64,000 nt of DNA from a virus: positions 71,459 to 135,458 of IMG/VR virus record IMGVR_UViG_3300024255_001563. The stretch is one strand, 5' to 3'. The notes beneath the pieces are model-generated. The model had not been told where the DNA came from. It worked only from the letters and a program-made list of their open reading frames with translations, and did no database searches. Shown piece after piece: positions 28,449 through 35,138 of the stretch. The position numbers were made by a program, and so were the translations under genes. Position 1 is the stretch's first letter. Each line of letters starts with the position of its first letter.

Positions 28449-28655
28449 ATGGAAGAAATTCTAGATCTAATGAAACAAATGGAATTAGATCAAAAAAATC
28501 TAAAACATGAACTATATAAATTGTGTTGGTATATGCGGGGAAGTGTTTCTGCAGACGAAGCTTTCACTATGTGTATAGAAGATAGAGAAATTATCGGTAA
28601 AATAATAGCAGAAAATTTAGAAACAACTAAAAATACAAATTTACCGTTTTATTAA
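28449..28655 (+). CDS. gp51-like hub assembly peptide, 68 aa; probably also (or only) made as a -1 frameshift extension of 27568-28431
   Basis: LCWYMRG.VS..EA.TM..EDREII pattern; frame is open back to the T6C slippery site. Confidence 0.7.
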   Translation: MEEILDLMKQMELDQKNLKHELYKLCWYMRGSVSADEAFTMCIEDREIIGKIIAENLETTKNTNLPFY

Positions 28656-29125
28656 CTATATTTTTTTAGTATTGCTTTAGCTAATGCTACTTTTTCACTA
28701 TCTGACATTTTACTTACAACATTAACAACATTAGCCGGAACTTTTGGCTTGTTAGATACTTTATTTCCTTTTGGAGTAACCTTTGGTGCAGCGGATTTTT
28801 TAGGAGTCGGTGCTTTGAATGGAAGCGCCATTGCTTTTTGAGCAACATCTCTAAATACCTTCTTTAGATTTGGCTTTGCTGTAGTATCTAGTTTACTAGT
28901 GTCAACTTTTTTATAAGAAAGAAAATCTATAATATCTTGCCAAACTACTTGATTTAGTTTTTTGCCTTGTGTTCCCATATATCCTGCAAATTCACTGTTT
29001 AATTTATCAGCAGTTGCAATCATATCTTTTTTGCCAGCTTTCTGAGCTTTACTCATAGTACGAGCTCTTTTAGTTAAAGGGATAAACTCTACTAATTCTT
29101 CATTTAAGATATCATTTATTTTCAT
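28652..29125 (-). CDS. Basic Lys-rich protein, 157 aa, possible internal head protein
   Basis: TATAAATA upstream; MKINDILNE N-terminus; K/P/A-rich tail. Confidence 0.7.
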   Translation of the reverse strand: MKINDILNEELVEFIPLTKRARTMSKAQKAGKKDMIATADKLNSEFAGYMGTQGKKLNQVVWQDIIDFLSYKKVDTSKLDTTAKPNLKKVFRDVAQKAMALPFKAPTPKKSAAPKVTPKGNKVSNKPKVPANVVNVVSKMSDSEKVALAKAILKKYS

Positions 29126-29149
29126 TTTCTAATAACCTTTTGTGTATAG

Positions 29150-29157
29150 TATTTATA
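29150..29157 (-). promoter_or_regulatory. Late promoter TATAAATA
   Basis: Exact T4 late consensus 24 nt upstream of ATG 29125. Confidence 0.65.
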
Positions 29158-29260
29158 TATCTACTCCGTAGATATAAGTTTTCGCTAACGCTCAAACTAC
29201 AAACTTTTTTCTTAATACATAATTTATATAGAAAGCATTAATACGAATGTATTAATGTTT
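29156..29260. repeat. Cluster of three inverted repeats in an AT-rich tract
   Basis: TATATCTAC-tcc-GTAGATATA (29156-29176); AGTTT..AAACT (29177-29198); CATTAATAC-gaat-GTATTAATG (29236-29257). Confidence 0.8.
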
Positions 29261-29261
29261 A

Positions 29262-29637
29262 AGTTTCATGTAGATTGTTTCAGTCAGACGGAACCTGTTA
29301 CGGTCCCATCTAATCTCAAAATGCGCTTCATGTGAGTCTGCACCAGCCGAGACATTGGAAGTAGGTAATTGTTTATACACAAAGTACAATGGGCTCTGAC
29401 CTTTCCCAACCTACGTCGACATCGCTGTTTCCAGCTACCTCTCGCTTCGTTCCTATTGCTAAAGAGTTTTTATGTACTGTGTTTGTGTTTTTCGACTGCC
29501 AACAAAACAATCTATATCAACCAGTGAGCCCAATTTGTTTGGTGGCTTCCTACCTCTGGGTAGTCGATCAATATGTTACGTGTGCTTCTATACGAGAGCT
29601 TTTTCCACAGCGGTATTAGTAAACTGGCCCGCTAACC
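29262..29637 (-). ncRNA. Candidate ~370-nt structured noncoding RNA immediately 3' of the GIY-YIG gene
   Basis: Noncoding, visibly GC-richer than its flanks, at least 7 stems, GAAA tetraloop, G-U pairs giving minus-strand polarity, long-range complementarities. Confidence 0.6.
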
Positions 29638-30087
29638 TTAGGTGTTGGAATGTTTTGCCTGTATGTGATGTTCTAGCAATGCCTGTTTGAGTTTGTCTGA
29701 TCCGCCTACTCTAACATTAATGATTCCGTTATAGTAATCATCTGTTTCAAGTACTCGCCTGTCAAACTGTTCTCTTGCCTCTATGTAGGACATTTCGCCC
29801 CTGCCCTTACAAAGATATAATATTTCTCTTGTAAAGTGTTCTTCGCCTAGTGATGCTACGTCTGCGTTTAGTCTGTCTGAACTACCGTAGTATGTTCTCC
29901 AGTCGCTTTCTTTGTAGCCTCGTCTTTTATTTTTTTTGCCTTTTAGAGGTGGCTTAGTGGTTTTAAATTTTGCTAGTTTCTTGCCTACGTATTTTTGGCC
30001 TGTAGTGGTATTTGTAATAAGGTAAACAAAGCCTTCATACTCGTCTGGTATTGTGTCAATTGTTTCACCTTGGTAAGTCCACTGCAT
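29638..30087 (-). CDS. Short stand-alone GIY-YIG family nuclease, 149 aa
   Basis: GFVYLITN..TGQKYVGKK, YYGSS, F.REIL, catalytic-type E (YIEAREQF) and N (YYNG); no C-terminal DNA-binding domain. Confidence 0.85.
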   Translation of the reverse strand: MQWTYQGETIDTIPDEYEGFVYLITNTTTGQKYVGKKLAKFKTTKPPLKGKKNKRRGYKESDWRTYYGSSDRLNADVASLGEEHFTREILYLCKGRGEMSYIEAREQFDRRVLETDDYYNGIINVRVGGSDKLKQALLEHHIQAKHSNT

Positions 30088-30110
30088 GAGTATACTTACC
30101 AGTGCCTAAT

Positions 30111-30320
30111 TTATTTGCCTTCTTTTTTGGTTTCTTTATTTGAATTATATGTAAGATGAATTTCATCCATGCGATCTTTAGAAAGGTTACGGATTTCTCG
30201 TAACCATTTTCGTGCTTCTCGATGAGTTCTAACTGACTTTCTTGACTCAAATTTTTCATTTGCTCTAAAATATTCCATGTATGCTTTTACAAGCTTGTCA
30301 TGGGTATCGTCGTCTATCAT
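30111..30320 (-). CDS. Small basic helical protein, 69 aa
   Basis: ATGA overlap with gp46 stop; ARKWLREIR pattern. Confidence 0.7.
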   Translation of the reverse strand: MIDDDTHDKLVKAYMEYFRANEKFESRKSVRTHREARKWLREIRNLSKDRMDEIHLTYNSNKETKKEGK

Positions 30321-32089
30321 TCTACAATTTCAATATCATTTTCGTAACTTGTAAATCCATTTTCTTTTACTACTTTCATTACGTGATTGACTCTTCCAAC
30401 AAGTTCGTCCTTGTGTGAGATAAGGTAAACATTCTTGTCGCCTTCCCTGCCCATCTTCTTAAGAACACTTAGTGAATTTTCAACACCAGCAGTATCCATA
30501 CCACTGTCAATAAGTTCATCAATAAACAACAAGTTAATCTTTTGATATAGACTTTCCCAAACATCACGGAATGCAAAGCTCATACCAAGTATAAGTCTGT
30601 TACGTTCACCACGTGACAAGTTATCAAAGTCTAAATCTTGACCAAGTTGCGTAATTTCAACAGCAAGATCGTTTTGGAACACAACTTGATGCGGCAATCC
30701 TAGTTTATCTAAGTAATATGTAAGTCTATTGTTTAAGTATGCTAAGTTTTGATCGATAATCTTCTTACGAATAAAGCTATCTTTGTTAGTAAGTAGTTTT
30801 AGTAAAAAGTCTTGATGTTCCTTATAATCAGTAAGCTCATTAACTGGTGTCCAGTCAATTTCTTGCATTGCTGTATTATTTAATTCATCAATTTGTGTTT
30901 GATACGGATCGACATCGTCCTGTTTGTTAGCAAGTGCCTGTTTTAAACTATCAACGTTTTGCCTGTGATCATATGCTTCTTTGACAGTGTCATAAAACAC
31001 ATTAGGCTTACCGTTGATGTCACCAATATCTTCAAGACTCTTTGTAACATCGACTACCTTAACAGAAACTTCAGACTGATATGCAATTGCATCAGCAAGT
31101 TCTTTATCTTTACGAGCTGCAATCTCTGCTTTTTTATCTGCGTGAAGTTCTTGACCACACGTATAACAAGTTGCATCTTCTAGATCTGCAATATCTTTAT
31201 TTGCTTTTTCAATACTCTTATCAGCACGTTGTAGTGCAGGCTCAAGTGTGCTTAATTCTTTTCTTAAAGAAGTTATTTTGTTGTTATGTTCAGACCAATT
31301 TGATAATTTTTCGTGTGCTTCTAATTCTGTGTTAATATCTAATTTCTCTAATTCAGTAATACCTAACTGTAACTTATCACAGTCTTGATCCTTCTTAGAA
31401 AGCCAAGCACGCTGTGTACGACTTAAACTATCAATAGTTGTTTGTATTTTTTCGTTTGCACTTTGAATAGCATTAATTTTTAATGTTTCTTCGGTGATTG
31501 CATCTTTAGTTTGCTTAGTTTGCTCTTTAAGTGCATCGGCTTTCTCACTAAGGATAGTAATGCCAAGCAGTTGTTCGATGATAGCACGTTGATCATTTTG
31601 ACGCATACTTAGAAACGGCTCAGTATAAGTGTTTAGTGCAACAATGTGCTTAAACATATCGTGAGACATGTCTAATAAGTCGTTGATGAACTCTTGCGTC
31701 TTTCGACTGTCGCCTTGCGACTCATCTATCATTTCTTGTTCTTGATCGTTCACATAAAACTTTAATAAGTTAGGTCCACGTCCACGTTCAACACGATAAT
31801 CAACATTGTTCTTTTCAAAGTGTAGCGTAACAAGCATACCTTTTGAGTTTGTTTTGTTAATTAAGTTGTTGGCTCTAATGTTTGTAAGAGCTTTTCCGTA
31901 CAATGCATAGCTAAGTGCGTTAATGATAGTAGTTTTGCCAGTACCGTTACGTGATCCGCTATCGTCACCACCTTGATCTAAGTTTTCACCTAACACAAGT
32001 GTTAGTTGCTCACGGTCAAAGTCCACTGCTTGAGTCTGATTACCCACACTCATAAAGTTACGTACTGTTAGATCTTTAATTTTTATCAT
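30317..32089 (-). CDS. gp46: Recombination nuclease ATPase subunit (gp46/SbcC/Rad50-like)
   Basis: NFMSVGN, Walker A NGTGKTT, zinc hook CYTC, LSRGE signature, Walker B LFIDE, ISH. Confidence 0.95.
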   Translation of the reverse strand: MIKIKDLTVRNFMSVGNQTQAVDFDREQLTLVLGENLDQGGDDSGSRNGTGKTTIINALSYALYGKALTNIRANNLINKTNSKGMLVTLHFEKNNVDYRVERGRGPNLLKFYVNDQEQEMIDESQGDSRKTQEFINDLLDMSHDMFKHIVALNTYTEPFLSMRQNDQRAIIEQLLGITILSEKADALKEQTKQTKDAITEETLKINAIQSANEKIQTTIDSLSRTQRAWLSKKDQDCDKLQLGITELEKLDINTELEAHEKLSNWSEHNNKITSLRKELSTLEPALQRADKSIEKANKDIADLEDATCYTCGQELHADKKAEIAARKDKELADAIAYQSEVSVKVVDVTKSLEDIGDINGKPNVFYDTVKEAYDHRQNVDSLKQALANKQDDVDPYQTQIDELNNTAMQEIDWTPVNELTDYKEHQDFLLKLLTNKDSFIRKKIIDQNLAYLNNRLTYYLDKLGLPHQVVFQNDLAVEITQLGQDLDFDNLSRGERNRLILGMSFAFRDVWESLYQKINLLFIDELIDSGMDTAGVENSLSVLKKMGREGDKNVYLISHKDELVGRVNHVMKVVKENGFTSYENDIEIVE

Positions 32090-33096
32090 AGTTCGTTGTA
32101 AATGTCCATTAGCGTCTTCTTATTGAAGTTGTCTGAGTCGATTGCAGCAATTTCACCAGCAACAATTTGATCGACACTTTCAAATTGTTGGATATCTAGT
32201 TGTGTACTAATTTCCTCTAGTGATTTCTGAGGAATTAAACTAATTTCACGACACTTGTACTGATTAATGAATGTTTCTTTGATGAAACTAGCTTCTTCAT
32301 AACTAATAGGCAAGTCTAAGTTAACACGTAGATACATATTAGGTTTGATAAATGAATCTGCTTCATCAATTAACTGACTTAGCTTAACAGTTCGATACTT
32401 AGGACAATCGGCCCAGTCAATATAAACTGGCGCCTTGTCGTTTTCTCTATCAAGAATCATCATACCACGTGCATCATCCCACGCATCAGCATAATTGTGC
32501 GGAAATGCATTACCTAAGTAATGTACTACACCTTGTTGCTGACGTTTGTGGAAGTGTCCACTAAAAACATAAGACTGATTAGCAAAGTCTTCTGCTCTAA
32601 GCTCTCCGTGGTCGGGCATTTGCACCATAGCGTTCATATAGAAGCTAGGCAGTTCAAAATGCCCAAATACATACTTACTTTTTAGCTTGCGTAGCTTTTT
32701 CCACTCGTCGCCTACAAGCCAAGGTACAATAGTTACGTCTTCAATTGTAGTAATTTCGTCTACAAACGTAATACCTGGGATGTGTTTTGCAAATGCTGTA
32801 CTGTTAACGTCACGTTTGTCTTTATAATACAAGTCGTGGTTACCATCAAAGAAGAAAAACTGCTCAAATGCAGCACCTAGCTTTTCCATACTACGGATTG
32901 TTGCATCCATAGTAGTAAGATTAAGGCTATTTCTGTTATGATGCCAGTCTCCGCAGAAAATACCAGTCTCGCAACCGGCAGCTTTTGCTTGTTCTATGTA
33001 CCAATCAATAAAGTCTTCACAGTCTTGATTGTGTACTTTACTATTGCCTTTTAGACCAAAGTGGATGTCAGTAAAGACTGCTGCTTTCTTAAACAA
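32086..33096 (-). CDS. gp47: Recombination nuclease subunit (gp47/SbcD/Mre11-like)
   Basis: DIHFG, GDWHH, GNHD, GHFH metallophosphoesterase motifs; start is TTG. Confidence 0.95.
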   Translation of the reverse strand: MFKKAAVFTDIHFGLKGNSKVHNQDCEDFIDWYIEQAKAAGCETGIFCGDWHHNRNSLNLTTMDATIRSMEKLGAAFEQFFFFDGNHDLYYKDKRDVNSTAFAKHIPGITFVDEITTIEDVTIVPWLVGDEWKKLRKLKSKYVFGHFELPSFYMNAMVQMPDHGELRAEDFANQSYVFSGHFHKRQQQGVVHYLGNAFPHNYADAWDDARGMMILDRENDKAPVYIDWADCPKYRTVKLSQLIDEADSFIKPNMYLRVNLDLPISYEEASFIKETFINQYKCREISLIPQKSLEEISTQLDIQQFESVDQIVAGEIAAIDSDNFNKKTLMDIYNEL

Positions 33097-33123
33097 ATTT
33101 AGATTCCTCTATTATACCGTATC

Positions 33124-33152
33124 ATTATAGCAAGATTATTAACAGGTGTCAA
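33124..33152 (-). promoter_or_regulatory. Consensus sigma70 promoter TTGACA-17-TATAAT for gp47-gp46 operon
   Basis: -35 at 33147-33152, -10 at 33124-33129. Confidence 0.85.
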
Positions 33153-33156
33153 CCAT

Positions 33157-33981
33157 TTATTTTTTTCGTTCAGCGTCTCTTTTAACAGAAGCTTCCCATT
33201 CGCCGGCATGCTGGCGTGTGTATGAAGGATTTAAGTCATTCATTTCTAAAATATCGTCTCTAATGTTCTGATTACGCTTTTCTAAGTTGATAACACGTAC
33301 AAAACTGTTAGTAACTGCTGCTGTATAATATGCAAATGGATTATTTGACTTTGATTCGTCAAACTGCAAACCAATTTGCGAAAGTTGCAGTATTGCTTGC
33401 CCTTTCATCTCGTCATTGTAAGTGTATCCACGTACATTGCCTCTTGTAGCATAACGATCAACAAGCTTCATCCACATTCGAGCAAGTTCATTGGTTGCTC
33501 GAGCATGTTTTAAACTAAAATTACCATTTTCCATGCCACCTTCCCAATGACTTTTACCAACTAAAACTAATTCGCCTTCATCATTAAATTTATAATGGTT
33601 AAAAGGAGGAAAATTTAGTTTTACTTTAGTGTCTGCTATAGTCTTTGGAGTTTTTTTACGTCCAGGCTCTTCCGGAATATGATCAAAAGTCATAATTCGA
33701 AAGATTAATTCTTCTTTTGTAATAGTTTTGTAATCAACTTCACATTCAGCTTGCTTTACTTTTTCGCCTGCTTGTTTACGACGAGCATATTCTGCATCGC
33801 CTAACCTTTTTGCTTTATTTCGTTTAGCTTCTGCAACAGTTCTGATATTAACTTTTTCAATATCAGGCAAAATAATGTCATACTGATTGTATTCTGGCTC
33901 TACAAAACTACAAAATTGTGATTTTGATATGTGTATCTGTTTTAACAAGTCTTTATTGTTAAGATAGTTTACTTTCCTCAT
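33157..33981 (-). CDS. gp55: Late-transcription sigma factor, gp55-like, 274 aa
   Basis: NYLNNKDL, GYTYNDEM, FDESKSNNPFAYYT; sits upstream of gp47/gp46 as in T4-like phages. Confidence 0.85.
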   Translation of the reverse strand: MRKVNYLNNKDLLKQIHISKSQFCSFVEPEYNQYDIILPDIEKVNIRTVAEAKRNKAKRLGDAEYARRKQAGEKVKQAECEVDYKTITKEELIFRIMTFDHIPEEPGRKKTPKTIADTKVKLNFPPFNHYKFNDEGELVLVGKSHWEGGMENGNFSLKHARATNELARMWMKLVDRYATRGNVRGYTYNDEMKGQAILQLSQIGLQFDESKSNNPFAYYTAAVTNSFVRVINLEKRNQNIRDDILEMNDLNPSYTRQHAGEWEASVKRDAERKK

Positions 33982-34005
33982 AGGTTCTCCTAAAATGTTA
34001 ATACT

Positions 34006-34034
34006 ATTATAATATACTTACTTAATTATGTCAA
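34006..34034 (-). promoter_or_regulatory. Consensus sigma70 promoter TTGACA-17-TATAAT for gp55
   Basis: -35 at 34029-34034, -10 at 34006-34011. Confidence 0.85.
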
Positions 34035-34035
34035 C

Positions 34036-34041
34036 TAAATA
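34036..34041 (+). promoter_or_regulatory. Late promoter (TAAATA) for the baseplate operon
   Basis: Followed by AGGAG and ATG 34060. Confidence 0.55.
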
Positions 34042-34059
34042 ATAGTATAGGAGAATAGC

Positions 34060-34833
34060 ATGGCAAACAATCCCTCGTCGAGTAGAGAAAATTTAACAGG
34101 AAGCGAAGTACCACTTGGAGCTGCAAGTGTATCATCTAGCGATGTTGTTACAGATCCTGGCGCTAGGCGCAGAGGCAATTTACCTCCAGGAGCAGTTCCA
34201 ACAAACGATTTAAATTTTGTTGAAGCTGATTGGGGATCAAAAACTGACCTTGATTGGAGAGTTAAACTGTCGCTGCCTGCTAATTTTCAAAACAGTGATA
34301 TATTACAACCTTTGCTTGAAACTAATGGGTTTATGTTTCCTTATACTCCACAAATAACTATGGAACACACTGCTAACTATAATGCTCTTCATCCTACACA
34401 TAGTAATTATTCATTTCCTGCTTATCAGAACAGTCAAGTGAACTCGTTAACTATTGTTGGCGAATTTGTAGTAGAAAATGCAACAGATGCAAGATATTGG
34501 ATTGCTGCAACTCATTATCTACGTAGTGTAACAAAGATGGCATATGGAAGCACAAGTAATCAAGGTTCACCGCCTCCTGTTGTTAAATTAAATGGCTACG
34601 GTGATTATGTATTTAAAGATGTACCTGTAACTGTAACTTATTTTACAGTTGACTTGCCTAGTGATGTTGATTATATACAAACAGATGTAGGCGAAAGCGG
34701 AACTTGGGTGCCTGTAAGAAGTCAAATAAACGTTCAGGTACAGCCAACATACAGCAGAAAGGCGATAACTAAGTTTAGTCTAGATACTTTTATTAATGGT
34801 GGTTATATTTCAAACGGAAAAGGATTTATTTAA
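34060..34833 (+). CDS. Baseplate/tail tube initiator-like protein (gp48/gp54-like), 257 aa
   Basis: FPYTP.I, GSPPPVVKLNGYG.YVF..VPV motif; heads the baseplate cluster. Confidence 0.65.
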   Translation: MANNPSSSRENLTGSEVPLGAASVSSSDVVTDPGARRRGNLPPGAVPTNDLNFVEADWGSKTDLDWRVKLSLPANFQNSDILQPLLETNGFMFPYTPQITMEHTANYNALHPTHSNYSFPAYQNSQVNSLTIVGEFVVENATDARYWIAATHYLRSVTKMAYGSTSNQGSPPPVVKLNGYGDYVFKDVPVTVTYFTVDLPSDVDYIQTDVGESGTWVPVRSQINVQVQPTYSRKAITKFSLDTFINGGYISNGKGFI

Positions 34834-35138
34834 TGGAAGTTAGATACGAAAATAATAGTCCTTGGTCTAATACAGAAATTCAAAATAACGATTATTTGGA
34901 TGTATTAACAATACGTCCTGTGCCAGCAAGTCCGGACGACATATTGTATACTGTTCAGCCACAGTATGCATTTAGACCCGACTTGTTAGCTTATGATCTT
35001 TACGGTACAAAAAATTTATGGTGGGTATTTGCACAACGTAATATGGATTTAATTAAAGATCCAGTATATGATTTAAAACCCGGAGTTAGAATTTATTTGC
35101 CCAAAGGCGACGAATTGGCAAGGCAACTAGGAGTATAA
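34833..35138 (+). CDS. gp53: Baseplate wedge protein, gp53-like (LysM-like), 101 aa
   Basis: RPDLLAYDLYG..NLWWVF..RN motif. Confidence 0.8.
   Translation: MEVRYENNSPWSNTEIQNNDYLDVLTIRPVPASPDDILYTVQPQYAFRPDLLAYDLYGTKNLWWVFAQRNMDLIKDPVYDLKPGVRIYLPKGDELARQLGV

Noticed and set aside
29389..29690. 76-aa and 72-aa plus-strand ORFs in the gap behind the GIY-YIG gene
   Set aside because: No ribosome-binding site, atypical composition; G-U pairing indicates a minus-strand RNA instead
29262..30087. Group I or group II intron containing the GIY-YIG gene
   Set aside because: No interrupted host gene on either side; I could not identify a P7 core or a domain V hairpin by eye (a covariance search is still needed)
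30317..33096. Inteins or introns in gp46/gp47, also checked in portal and capsid
   Set aside because: Lengths and motif spacing are ordinary; no intein termini recognised
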